A stretch of DNA of 64,000 bases from Lingula anatina (lineage: Eukaryota; Animalia; Brachiopoda): the NCBI GenBank assembly GCA_051362555.1, contig CM120646.1, forward strand, positions 15,562,001 through 15,626,000, given 5' to 3'. The position numbers and the translations under genes were made by a program. Below the pieces are notes generated by a model. That model had not been told where the DNA came from and did not search any database. It saw only the letters and a list, made by a program, of their open reading frames with translations. Within the stretch, counting starts at the first letter, position 1; each line of letters starts with the position of its first letter. This document shows, piece by piece, positions 27,101 through 41,400 of this stretch.

Positions 27101-30100
27101 TTAATATTATAAGATATAAAATATTTCATTATTAACACTGTATAAGAATAGAGAGACGTATGAATATTACTCAGAAGTCAGCACTTGTGCTTGTAACTAT
27201 GTGTAGAACCAAATGGAGCAGTATAAAAGCAGGTCATAAAGCAAGATTGCATGCACCCAGTTGAGCGTTCTCGTGTGAGAGACGAAAAACATGAAAAAAA
27301 TTGAATTATAAGTGCGAGTTGCCCAACCCAAAACATAAGCAATGAAAAAGGGAAAAGCAAAGCTTGTTTGTCGGTTAATAATTGACCGTTTACTAGAAAG
27401 TAAAAGAGAGGCGAGAAATGTAAAAAAATGAAACTTTATTACAAACTCACGTTTTTAAAGCAACTTAAACACCAAATTCACGAACTATGAATTCTTACCA
27501 GTTTTTACTTATTTTCTTTTTACTCCATCATTGTTCTTTTTATATTTAAATATTATTTTAGGAGTTTTGAAATTCTATAGAAAGCGGCATATAAAAATGT
27601 CATTATTATTAATATCATGAAATGTGAGCAGCTGCATATAACTATTTGTATTTAGTTCGACATGAATCTCACCAAAGGCTAAACAGTAGAAGCAAAATAG
27701 TGAAGTGAAGATGGCCAAACAGGAACAAGTTTTTAAAACAAAATACATATTGTACTGATTACAAAATTATATAGAACACTTGCACATGGCATTCATCTAT
27801 GGGACCCTGCGGGATTACTCCTTCGAAATATGTGACCCCCCCCCCCCCCCCCCCTCCGCCGCAAATCAAGATGCCCAATATTTCGGTGAGATACCCTTCA
27901 AAATGCCCTTGTCGTAAGCAAGTGTGAAAGAGAAGAGAGGACCACTTCTCTATGAAGTATACAACATTACTCTCACTCTTGCAGGGCCGTGAGCCGTCAC
28001 TCTATTTATCCGGTAATGACGCTAAATTATCCCCAATTTTGACACAAACCTTAAATTACAGAGATAGCTTAACGGTTCCTTAGATTACCGCGTTAAAGTT
28101 AACAGTGCAAAACTCATCATTTTTTCATAATTTATCATAACGACTTAATATTCCTTGTGAAAGGACTGTCCTGAGGCAGCGTGCTGACTGAAATTGTACC
28201 AGTTATCATGCGACTTGAAGGTTATACGTACTTACGCATTTATATCATATTCTTGTAAATCTTCCCAGCATGTGTTAACTTTTTGCTGTACCCGCAAAAA
28301 GACACATACTATATACATACCACGCGGTGTGTAGAAAATAAGAAACTTGCCGATACGCCTTCAATTTTTTTTTCAAAATATACACACATAACGTATCCGC
28401 TGAGATGAAGTTTTATAACAAAATTATATGACCTTAATTTATTGCTGGAAATTTTATTTTCAATTATTTGCCATCGGAATTATAATTCTAATGGGTTTTA
28501 ATGTAATATTACCGTCCGTTGCAATCTAGTTTTTGTTTTAAATTTGCTTATGGACTGTACATCCAATACAAAAACCCATTTAGTTGCATATCGCGGATAT
28601 ATAACAATTCTGCAATCTTTAGTATTATTTTAACAAACAAACTTGCAATTGATCATGAACGGTGACATATCTCATCTGGCATGTACAGGTATTCAAACAA
28701 TATGACATTTGTTTCTAGCTTCGTTTTGCTAATTAGACTTCGAGCATGTATCTGTTGAATGAAAATTTTGAGAGAGATAGTGAGAAAGATATGAGGTCTT
28801 TCAGTTCAGCTGCCAGTTCAGCACCGACGCTCCTCTATCTTAATACGCGTGTGACTTATAATATCTGATACTAATTCTATATCAAACAAGCAAAGTGACA
28901 CTTGTGTCCGAATGCAATCGGAGGAGTGAATCTTTCAGGATTACGTAAATATTAAGGACTACGAAACATAATGGCCGCCTTGGGTTACAAGTACAGTGAC
29001 ACCTTACAACAGCCGTGGGTAAATTTCTCACATTCTCTAATGAAATTCAATCTGTCATTTGTCTGCCATATTTCTATCCACTGGTGTACTTTTGTTTAGC
29101 GTTTTTGACCATGGGTTTCTGGTGGAATTGACACAATAGTGTCATCATTCCCGCGCTTGACACGGCTTGTCGTCTGCGCTATTTATCATATGTCGTCTGC
29201 TGTCATCAATTTTGGTCGGTTTGGTCAAAACGGGAACATTTTTGAAAGCAATACCGACATTCTGTTTCGGATACGCTACATTAGTGTCAAAGAGTCCTAT
29301 TCACTGTTTGACACTTGTTACATTATAGTCCTGTCACAATACCATAGCTGAAAAGAAAAACAAATTAATCAGGCCCGAGCTAAAAATTAGAAAGATAAAT
29401 GTGCCACTCCCGTTTAGTTTAAATTTAAATGAAATATTTTAAGCATTTCTGGGGAAATGCACAAGGACAAGTAAACTCATTTTTTGAAACTGCTACAAAT
29501 TGCAACTATTCACTGGCAAATCTCGCGCAACTATTTATTCCCATTTTTCCAAACTTGTTTTTCCACAGATATGCACAACAGACATCGGATATAGACTTGT
29601 TTAGATATTGAAAAGTTTCACTTTAAGTATGCCTCAATGTTAAAAATGGCATAAATGATAAAATTTAACAATTTAAACAAAACTCATTTTCTTGGTGAGG
29701 TTTTTTGGTGCACTTTTCATACATAATCGTCTTAAAGATGTACTACAATAGAGTTAACAAATGTCCCTTATAAATCATGTCAGACTCCGAATGTTTCAAT
29801 GTAACACATTGGAGTGCTTTGTCAGTTTTTGCAAGATGAAATATGGTAAGAAAAACGAAAAAATGAAGGGTGATAATTAAAGTTTTACATAAGTTTTATT
29901 ACCAAAACGTTTGGGATTGCCGGCGTCGACTAGATTTATGGTCTAACAACATTGAGTGATAGTTCAACTCTTAGGGATAAATCATACTCACAGTGCCAGC
30001 TCTACAGTAGAAGGACGTTCCGTCACTTCTCCTTTAAAAAAACCTTTCTTATGGAGCTCATAAAGAAAAGAATGGAGAAAAAGAAGTTAGCCTAAAGTCA

Positions 30101-33100
30101 AAATCCACAGTTCATTTAAACGATTCAAAAGCAGTGAACTCTAGCTTTGAATTCGTTGTTCAGCCCCGGCGTCTCTGTGCACGTAGGCGAACCGTTTCTT
30201 TCCCCGCCGGTTACGTTGGTTACGCGAACTAACGGCGCATTCCTCATATATCAAGTATGGGGCGGGTAAGCCCGGCGAACATCTTCATAAAGCCCGTCAA
30301 ACTGACAAAGACAGCGATTTTTCGTAATAAATGACAATTTGTTCCAGAAAAAGGAAGCAAAATATTAAAAACTTTTTTCGTGGTATAAAAATGAGCGCTT
30401 TTTAAATACAGGGTAAACCAAGTCAAACACACCAATTTAAACAAAATGTTGGTTAAAATATATTAGGGACCTACATTGATTTATACAGGGCTTTAGACCA
30501 TTATTACTAAATGAGCAGCAAACTAAGGTGCAGATTTATTTCTTACCTCGTGTTTGTATTTGGCAAGGGGTATTCAGAAATTAACCGTAGCATATATATC
30601 TATGAAATCTTATAACTATTTATTCACCTGTGACAGCGAGAGAGAGATCTTACCCAGGGCGTTTTCGTGAGCACATGCAATTTATAATTAATATCATAAA
30701 GCAAGAAAAATTATACGTATAGGGTCTATCTTAACCAATTAATCAATTACAAACCTCTAACTAAATCCTTTACCTGGTGTTCCGATGGTGGAGCACGATT
30801 ATACCATGTGTATAATTGAAATTACGAGCTTGCTCTTTAGGTTAATTATTCAATTTAAAGGTGCAGAAAACGCTGCGTTTTGTTAACCGTGCATTGGTGG
30901 TCGCGTGTTTCTGTTCCATCATATAACACGGAGAAACGATAAAATCTGACTTGCCTTCGGGTTACGTGTGATTTGCAAAACTGTTCTAAAAAGCAAGTTC
31001 AATTTTTCACTTAGGCCACTGGAATTATGTGCTGCAAATTACGGGCGGGTAAATTATGATGAATGCGGTTTAAGGGGTATTTTAACTGTTTTTAGATGCT
31101 GAAGCCTCGGCTAGCGTCAATCAGTTGGTTTACAAGTACTCTACGCCTGGGTGACGATAACTCAAGCCCCCTGAATCATTAAAGAAACATTATGCTTATG
31201 TACAGTTAGGTGGAAAGGTTTGAGACGTTGTCACGAATAGGCAGCAGACCTTCTCTACCCAGTGAAAGTGTCTTTACAGGTCAAAGAAAGACATTGTCAT
31301 CTGTCTCTGCATAGACAGGCCCTACTTCATCTTCATGTCCTTCAACATTCCAAACAAGAAGGAAATATCTGTAAATGAATTGAGACTTGGTAGCGGGCAT
31401 GGGGAACTTAATATTCAGTTGTAAAAGAGACTAACTCACCTATATATGAACTAGTGCACTTGTTGTTTATTTTAGGCGGCAGGTGCCCGTTTTCATTAAA
31501 ATTGAAAATTTCTCCTTTAACTTTATTAAGGCCCGCCAGAGAAATGTTAATTCAGTACTGCTGATTTTTTAAAAATAAAATGAAATGTCATGAGACAGTG
31601 GGACTTTTTATTGTAGCACCATTTTGGTGAGAGAGAGAGAGAGAGAGAGATCGAAAACTCATGTCCAATCCTTCATCAAAATGGGACTGGGATGATTAAT
31701 TTCATAAATAAAGAGTACAAAAGACCAACAAACCTCGACTACAAGGGGATTGCAGGTGTTTTACCTGCCGGAGACAAAGCAGGTAAAATATGCACAAGTC
31801 CCGAGGGGGATACGACCGCCATTACTCTGTACTTCTGACCTTTATGTGATGACGGCTTTGTTTTCCTCGCAGCTAAAAATTGAGGGTCCCGGTGAAACCT
31901 TAATGCGATGGGATGATGCCATTTCAGCAAGATAGGGAACAATGTTCACCCCTTACTTTATGCAATGTATACGTAACTTAAAGGGAATCGTGATATGCCA
32001 CTTTCATTATCTATAATTTTAGAATAAAACAGAATCAAATATATTGGACAGATTCGATTTTTCACATTCACTTCACTTGAAACTTTGATTGTGACTTAAA
32101 TGTCCTCGCAGACGATGTACGTTGAAATGCTAGATTGACGTGGAAAACATGAAGATATATTTCTAAACTGGATTTTTTTTAAATCGAGATAATAAAATGT
32201 TACATAATCAAAGGACTTTTTCAAAGTGAATTTTGATCTGTTTTTTATGGGTATCATGTAAAAAAAAGACTCTCACAGCGAACAAAGCCCGCATTTTGTA
32301 CACAACAAAAACGCATTTGTAACACTTTTCTCTGATCATGAAGTAGTGTATAATGAAGTAGTAAATACTTGAGGGAAGTATTTCAAAAACTAAAGCAGCA
32401 CGAAGAGCAAAATGCACTGATTAATTGGGTTACTTCCGCAGAACAACTTAGTTATGACTAATGAAACGATGAAAGGGCGCACTTCGTGCTTGTTACTTGT
32501 GTCTCTATACTTGGTACAGGTACGAAAGGGATTAACCAGAGAAACCAACCTTAAATAGATCTAGTAGCTCACTCCGGGAAGTATTAAATAGCATAATCCT
32601 TTTATTCTAGACGCTTACCTCGACGCCGACTTGAATATTACTGTCCATCTTTTGACAACATTGTGGTTTTTCACTGTTACGACTTATTTTTAACGGAAGT
32701 AATAATCTGCCTTAGGGCACTTACTGCCTCTGGTTTATTGGGGAATAAATTTCTGCTTAATTTTTTATCAATTTTAACCACATTTTAATCATGTTACTTT
32801 GAAGGAGACCATAAAAAGGGAAAGTTTCTCCCAGAAAAAAATAGAAACTCTTTTTATAAATAAAGCAGCGACATAAGCTATACTAAGAAATATCGCCAAA
32901 ACTTATTAAAAGGGTGAAATATCTTGATACTGCCTATATCAGTATAACAGTCACAGCTGACGTGCTGACCGTTGGAAGTTTTCATACTTCCTTCGACTTT
33001 GGAAGGGATGTTATATAAATAATGTGGCAACATCCATATGGAATAAATGAACAAGCAAGAATGAGAGCGCTGCATATATGGACCCAAGAAAAGGCAGGAT

Positions 33101-33411
33101 ATCATGTTGATCTTCATCTTCCCGACTTCAACACCAGGTCATGGCAAAGAGCGGCCAAATGACTTGGTGTCACGCCATATTTGACGTCTTATCTCACGCC
33201 GTGGCTACCTGGACTGCCATCCACCAACATCTCAGCCTCGGGTACACCCTAGATACTTCCCCGTTCACACGGCCAAATGGTAATGACTTTCGGTGGACCT
33301 CCGTTTTTTCATTCCATTTTTTTTTTTTTTTGGACAAACTTGTTGATTCAATGTTGTTTTCGCCTCCTATGCAATTCATTCTGTGCGCTGGCATTCTGTA
33401 GACGAATCTCG

Positions 33412-33413
<2 letters not shown>

Positions 33414-33461
<48 letters not shown>
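33414..33461. repeat. (AT)n microsatellite
   Basis: Direct reading. Confidence 0.97.
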
Positions 33462-33463
<2 letters not shown>

Positions 33464-36400
33464 CATGGTAATACATGCTCCTAATATTTAGAGACCTGGT
33501 AAATGTGAAACATTTTGCGCTCAATAAATTATCATGTTAACATTGGAGATGTGTCAAACAGGGTTACGGTGCGTGTGCCACTGCTATCGTTCATAACATT
33601 ATATTGCCTATCCAATCTAAAAAAAAACCGGAAAGATAAAATCCTTGTTTTTATGTGTCATCTTTCTCTCTCTCTCCACGGCAATTTGATAACACAGTAC
33701 ACGAACATATAACAAGTCTGTCTATTTCATATTCCTCTCTTAAATATTTTTATATGTAATATAATCATTATACGTCCATGTCCCCACATTTCGATTTATA
33801 TTTCTACAAGTCATGTATTCCATATTGAAAACAAATGGATTTTACATTGTATTTTTAATATTTGCTGAACTAATACTCCAACGCGGTCTGCGGTGGTGTG
33901 TGAGAAACTAAGCGGATATTCTCACTACTATAAGGTATATATGAGACGAAGAGATAATGAAGCCGACGGATTATTCATTAGATGAATTTCACAGTGTAAG
34001 CCAAGTCAAGGGCTTGCCGCGAACGTATTGAAAATTGTTGCCTTCACTTTACATTTTCTGGATCAATGTCTACCGCTGACGGCAAGACGTCATAATTTGC
34101 AAAGGCTGTGCGAAGTTCACTCCTGGTGCTTTCAAATCGATGCAAAAAGTCGACCATGCGAGCAGCAATTTTTACTATATCTTTACCGCTTGTATGTATA
34201 TATGCCACTGTGTCACGTGATTGCGATTGGTATCAGTGACAACCTACTTAACCTAAGACCATCGCCGCGGTTCAAACAACGGTCTTACGTGGAAATAATT
34301 AGATACTATACATTAAATAGTTCTAGGTACATAATTAAGTGAGCTTAAGACGTTCGACCCCAGTTACACAATAATGTTTCTGATTGCTCAGAGAAATAAG
34401 GGGCAGTGATTTTCTATGAGGGTATATATCACATCTGTAAATTATGTGCTTAGGATGAGAATACTTCTGTGAAAATAGCAAACATCTAATCCAACGGATG
34501 TCTATAAATTTTTGACCATATATTGAATTCCAAGAAAGTCACAAGGCAAGGAGAATTATTAGTATGCCACCTATACAATAATAAAGATATATGCATTAGG
34601 AAATAGCCTGAAAAAATAGATTTCAGTTTCAGATGGAAGTGGTCATGGTCTGTGGTAGGCTAAAATAATATAAAGCACTTTCCTACGGGTCCAGTTTCGC
34701 ACAAAAAATGCTTTCATCTGAATAAAATCCTGACTTTAAACCCGGAATCTTGACGTAATCCGAAGCAGTCGACTAAAAGAAAATATCTATCTATTTATCT
34801 AAACCAGTAGCACTTCTTACTTCTTGTAAAAGAGGCACAGTATACTTATTAATGTTAAGACAAAGTGGACTAGAATTTTCGGCTTAAGATATGTATGTCG
34901 ACGTGAAAAATGTTAGAAACAGTTACCTTCTACCAGAATATAGTATTATTTGTTTAACAGAAATTATTTTGATAAACCTTCTTCTTGCATTTCATTACTT
35001 TCGTAAACATCAGATGGCATGGCATGTGAATAATGTTTTCTGTTAATTAACATCAACCATTCAAAATTGCTATTCACAATTGCCGATAAAGGATGCTACT
35101 AAACCCACATTAGTGGTTTGCTAGCCTTTGTGTGTGTGTGTTGGGGGGGGGGGGGGGGTTACTGAATCAGATATTCTTAATTTTATCATTTGGATGAATA
35201 AAATTTGTTTTTCTTATACAATTTGTGAAATATTTGTGAATCCGAAGTAAAAGTATGAAGGGTAAAAAAAAATGTAAAACTGCAGCCATGCCTTGTTCCC
35301 GAGTGTTGGGGATATGGGAGAAAGTGACCACCGATGTGAAATGTGCGGCTGACAATCAACCACGCTGTCAACCGTAACACGACCGTTAAAGAATGGATAA
35401 TTTACTCATCTGATCAAGTGACTCATTTAATTTCAAGATTGATGAGAAAAATAAACGAGAAGGAAATGGAACTCTAACATGTTTACCTTATCATTAAATA
35501 GAATACGTTAACTTTATTTGATAACGAACTGGAAGAATGTGCATTTGCTCGTATTTTATCGTCCTTTTTTTATTTCCACGCAAGTTTATGGCAGAAGGGA
35601 GAAATGTAGTGAAAATTCATATTGATTTGTGCATATTATCATATGGTGGGGGTGCTGTTTATATTACGATTTTAACACCAGTGCGATTTCGTAATGTTCA
35701 TAAACGATAGTTATCAACTGAAAATTATATTTGAATGTACATGAAGCGCTCTATAGATCACGTTGAAGAATCATCCGGCGAATTTTTTTCGTTACAATGA
35801 AAGGAAAACATTGATCAACGTATATATTTCAAAAATAAAACTCATTCCTTATTAGTGGTGCAAAATGGTTTGGCTTTTTTTAGTAATATAATAGTAGCAG
35901 TGCTGGTTGTAGTAGTAGTAGTAGTAGTAGTAGTTAAAGTGTCAGAAGTTATTTCAAATCCACCTTGGGTATTTTATTAAAAATCCAACCTAAGCTATAT
36001 TCTGTGTTACTCAACACAATAAGAACGACCAAATCCGGCTGTCCCTTTATATAAGCGAGACCATACTGTCCTCGAAAAGTGTCGGCACCTTTCAATTTAA
36101 CTCCTGCAACTCTGAAAAAGGCCTGGCAACCGCTGACACCCCTGACTTTCGAAAACAAAGCGTTTGAAGTTCGTCTACCGGGTTTCACGTTAGTCAGTGC
36201 TATTGAAAGGGACGCTGAGCCTGCCCAGCCGATTTTTCACCTCAGTGTTAAGCCCACTATTCAAGCCAGCTTTCATTCATTACTGCGGATCTCTGATGAA
36301 GCATACGAGGAGAGATCCACCCCTGGCGCCCAGTGACTGCGTGGGTCGTCTGCTCCATTCTTTAGCGATCGTCTGCCTTTTTCAATCCTACGTAATGCCA

Positions 36401-37699
36401 TTGTGGGGGTGTGAAAGAGCCAGGGCCTGATTGAAAGAAGGGGAGGTGCCCGTTATCTCGCTGTAACATCTCGCACAGATGCATTCTGACGTCCAGGTTA
36501 GGCAATGTCACCCAGGTAAATAAATAAGCCGTAATTAGTTAATTAACCGTGACTTTGTCAACCAGATCTGCTGCTTTACAACGTTATGGGTTTGACAGGT
36601 ACAACATGCTTGTTTAGCTTTATGTCAACCGCGGTCACTTATTGTCCTCAAAGTTCAATGTTTTTTTTAAACTGCCACATAGGTGTCACAAACGTGTCAA
36701 AAACGCATTGTTTACAATACCTCGGATTGTTTTGTCCGTGGAATATTTCGAAAAAAGGGTATATCCACGCAGAAGCAATCGTATACAGTGGATCTCTGTT
36801 GGCTTAAACTATATTTTTATGTTTTTTTCCAGATCTCGATCTAATAAAAGATATGCCCACAGCTTAGCATCTTGTCTAATACACTTCTTAAAGAAACGAG
36901 CAGGGGATTCTAAAACAAACGCCTTGCTTGCCTTAATAATCACAAAATAATAATGAGAGTTGATTCCATTGCATTTACTAAGCATTTAAAATGTTGATTA
37001 ACTATGTTCCCCAGTTTCAGAGTGTAAGATTGCAAAACTAAAAAGGGCTGCGACATACAGGAAGGAGCAGATAAAGTCATGGATGTTTACTGCAGGATGA
37101 CTGATTACTCGGGACATGCAATTTTAACTTTTCTTCAATAGATTATTGTGAAGATAACATGGGCAGAGCATGGGAATACTTCAAGACGACAAAATAAAAA
37201 AAAGATAATGTTTTAGACCAGTCGAGATATTTGCTTTGCTTGAAAGTGAGAATTTATAATCATTGCTAGGTATCCATCATTGTATACAATTGATTGTAAA
37301 CCAAAGAATGGCATTGCATCTTAACTGACAACAGACTGTGAAGAGGTTTAGATTTCGTTTTCAAGTAATTTATGAAGACTTTTTACATGGTGTTTTTTCT
37401 TTCTTTTTTTTCAAAATAAATTGAAAAGTCAAATTCAACACAAACTTCTGCCTATCGGCTGTTAAAATATTCTCTTGGTTATGACAGAAAGAAGCTCTTT
37501 AATTTTTCACAGTTTTTACTCTGATAACGCGCGAACATATGTGATCCCTGCACCACTGCCAGTCCACACTATGCCCTCGACCCTAATGAAGTCGCAATAA
37601 ACAAACAGAATGAAAAGACCCAAGAATTCCTGGGTCGGGTTGTTATCTCACCGGACACTGATTGATTAGATGTGCTCGGACCCTCACAGCCCCCCTGCC

Positions 37700-38150
37700 G
37701 ATCTCAACAATGGCCCAGGTACTCAAACACACGTCAGTGAATATGAATAAACGAGGGATGGCAGCTTTCAGAAATGGCAGGTAGATCTTCTCTATACTAT
37801 GTGACCGCAGGCAGTGCCATTGTTCGTTGTAATTTCCGCTCGACCAATCAGAGCGGCGGACGGCGATGAGGGGGCGTGACTTGTTGCCATATGTGTCATC
37901 TGCGTCAAGCCCACCTTGGCAGGTTTGTGTGAAGAGAGAAGATGTTGACTTTAACTACACTTCACTTCACGTAGGCTACCACAACACATTTTGGCGTGCT
38001 CATCTTCACGACAACGACGGAGAGTGGACATCACGCTGACTACTTTAACAGAGGGGCAGTTAGGGTCTTAGTGAGACATCGAGAGTACGGGTTAGCAATT
38101 GTCGCTCGAAACAATCACGTAGAACGAGAGACCCACGGCAGAAGGCGGTC
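37700..38150 (+). promoter_or_regulatory. Putative TATA-less Dlx proximal promoter and 5' UTR
   Basis: Sox-type motifs AACAATGG (37706) and CATTGTT (37818), CCAAT box (37844-37848), GC box GGGGCGTG (37871), E-box CATATG (37888), CRE/AP-1-like TGCGTCA (37901), Inr-like TCACTTC (37962). No ATG between 37962 and 38151. Confidence 0.65.
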
Positions 38151-38457
38151 ATGTTGAACGTAGCCAGCTCCATGGAGGGACTAGATCAGGGAATTGATAC
38201 CAAGCCATCGGCTTTTATGGAGCTACAGAACCCAGCGGCCGGGATGATGGGTCATACACCGTACCCAATTCGATCTGGGCACTACCCGATGTCGCCAAAC
38301 CAGGAATCGTTGTACTCCCACCAACAGCAGCACGCTCGGTCGTTGGGTTACCCCTTTTCTATGAACTCAATGAATTCTCTGGGGCATAATCCTTACAACG
38401 CGGCCTCTCATCCATTTGCCATGAACCCTTACCAGACGCCTCCACCAGTTAGGGAAG
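38151..38457 (+). CDS. Dlx: Distal-less/Dlx homeobox transcription factor, coding exon 1 (N-terminal domain)
   Basis: ATG at 38151 (context GCGGTCATG). Translation MLNVASSMEGLDQGIDTKPSAFMELQ...RSLGYPF... carries the SAFME motif of Dlx1/Dlx6-type N-termini and is rich in His, Pro, Tyr and Ser. Ends at donor GAAG|GTAAGC (38458) in phase 1, matching the exon 2 acceptor phase. Confidence 0.93.
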
Positions 38458-41400
38458 GTAAGCTCGATCGTACATTCATCCATATTTGTGCCTGTTGATT
38501 TCGCACGCCATGTACCGGTGATTTGTGACTCGTGCTCGTTTTGTTGTGATCCGCGCCAATAGGCATTGAAATGATCGGCAATTTTTCATTTTTCTCATTT
38601 ATTCGATGATCATCCGGCGACCGGTGGTTGTAATAGGGCCCCGGTGTAATGGCGCCGATTACACACTCTGTTTAAACGGTTAATTATTGCAATTTTACCA
38701 GGATAATGACCCATTTTAAAACCAATTTTAATGTAAAGCTTTGGGTTGGTATGGAAAAATGTTTATATTTTTACTGATCTATTATGCAGGATGATGCCAT
38801 TGTTTTTATGTAATAAGTCTGTTTGGAGATTTATTATTCATTCTGCATGATTGTTCGTATTGGTAGAGTATATTTGAACACGGATTTTCTTCTAATGCAA
38901 ATTATCTTTATTATCATAGTCAATAATTGAAAAATACTAAACCCGATACTTTGTTTGGAATAATTATTAGATACATAATAATGTATTTTATAAGTAAAAA
39001 TCTCAAATCTCCATAACATTCAGCGATATGTTGAACTTTATTTCGGGGCTTTCTTTTTAGAACACGGGATAATATCTGGAATTAACTAGCTTGCCATGAT
39101 TATCTTTAATTTGTATTTTCGCGCTGCGGACTGCTTTTCCTTCTTTACTCTTCTACTTTTTTACTATTTTGTTCCGTCACAGCATTTTACAAAAGTTTTA
39201 TTAAAGAAGATAAAAGTTGCCTTTTTTAAGATATGTAAATAAGCAAATAGTAATTGTGCTTATGGTCCAACTACGTCAATCTTTTTATCACCCGTCTTGC
39301 CACCATACGTGCTCAGTAGGGGTTTCAGTGTGGAAAACCTATGGCTGGGCCCTAGCGTGTGAACTGTAGGAGTTTAACAGCTAGATGTTCCCTTCCGTCG
39401 ACAATGGACGAACCGCAGGACACTTTGTCCGTTGAAAATGCAAGCGACAGAAAGTCTCAGGCGAGCTTACACGTTGTCTGAGAAGCTTGAACAGAGATAT
39501 GTATGTCATTATGGGTTTGATAACAGAAAACAATCGAATACGTCATTGCACTAATCGCCGAAGGTCAAACGGCGTGGTGTTGATTCTCTCAACACGTGAA
39601 ATAGTGTATATAGATTTCCTTTATAAGACGCTTTGCTGTAATAGTGCCCAATATTAACATGGCATTTGGTCGCCAGTTGATTAAACAAGTAATCCTAGTA
39701 TAACAGATCGTAAGGCGTGATTACCAGTTTTCTTTAATGAGACTAATGTCGTGTATTGTTTATATCTCGGGCAAGATAGTGTGTACATTAAATTGAAAAT
39801 GGGGATGCAAAATGTCAACAGTCAATCTCTCGAATTTGACCACGTCAAGAAAATTCGTTTTTTTTTAAGAATGTTTAAGTAACCCGTTCATGATGTTTAA
39901 GTCGCAGCATTCATTTGACGGTCTTGTGATCCAGCTCTACTCCGTTATTCATCGCTCTTAAATGATGCGTGTCATCTTTGCAGATATATTATTCTAACCC
40001 GTATAACATGTGCCGCTTTGGCTTCACGCTTTTCTCTGTTGAAATCACACGATGTGGTTCTCCCTTCTTTTACCAACATCCATTTATTTTTACCAGTTTG
40101 TTTTCGTCTAGGTGAAGGTTTATATATTTAAGGTACTCGTGGGTGACTACTCTCGTCTTGTTTTCTTTCCGTAGTGTACTTATTCAAATAAACCCCACGG
40201 TTTCAGTTTTACATCCTCGAGTATATCGTATGATATGATACGGGAAGAGCCATAATATAACGGCTATGTCTTTTGTTTTGTAAAGAAACAAAAAATTAAG
40301 CGTTTTAAGTCTTAGTTTCATAGTTTAACCATTGAAAAAACTGACAATGGTATCTCATTTTGGAGTAGTCTGAGTTCGCTTTTTTTCTATTAGCACGGTC
40401 TTATTCATTTAAATAAACATCTGCAATGATGAAATAAACATTTTAGAAGTATTTCCTTAAAGTAAAGGAACAAGCCAAATGGGAGAAACCCACAAGTAGG
40501 AACGCGGCGTACATCCCCAACAGTGGAGGCGACGGAACAATACCTGGTTATAAAACCATTCACACGTAACTGACATTCCCCAAATCCGAGACAATACAGC
40601 ATTCCAACTAGTGAAATAAACAGGCGCACGGGGCTGTGACGAGAATGAATAATATGAACAGAAAAAAAGGGGAGCTGAGACATTTACGTCGAGGCTCGGT
40701 CGCATGGTGACGTTTATTATGATGGGTTATAAAGCAAAAGAGCGAGTCTTGCAAATTTGAAAAGCGTGCATGGCCCCCGTATGCGTGTTCAGCCTAGCAC
40801 TGCCCGACCAGGGGAATTAATTACTTTTCACGTTGCGCGGCAGCATGCTTAGGGTAGCACACATCAAATGTCTTAAAATCTTTGTTCACAGGGGATCGAT
40901 TTTGACAAAATGTATCGAAAGAGAAAGAGTTGATATACGCAACATTATAGTACCGTGACAATCAAATGAAAAATTCATAGTTGTAAGAATGGAGATGGCG
41001 GTGTCAAATCATTTTTGTCAACGTTGTTTGAAATGATATCTGGAATGAAACTATAATGTTTTAACGACGTTTCCAAGTGACGTTGCACGGATTCATCACG
41101 CAAAACCAAAATATAATTTATTTTTCTTTTAATTCACTTGAAATTATCTTACGTAAAAAACGTCTGGAACCAAGCGGCGCCTCATGCAAGAACGTATGCA
41201 CCGCCACCCCACAACAAATATATTACAGAGATAAGTCCATCAGTCGACTTAAAAATTGAAATGATTGCCATTTTCCTCGAATATCACCCGGATCTTTGGC
41301 GCATTGTCAAAGAAAAACCATATTGCCAGGAAACGCGCAACACGACCGGACATTATATAGTCTGATCTCCCTTCTCAAAAGCTAACAGTCTTAACAGCAC

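Noticed and set aside
27560-27612. Possible L2/SINE 3' tail (GAAAGCGGCATATAAAAATGTCATTATTATT)
   Set aside because: Too short and degenerate to support without a repeat-library search.
38458-38498. Read-through of exon 1 ORF (GKLDRTFIHICAC)
   Set aside because: Lies past a strong GTAAG donor, so it is intron 1 sequence.
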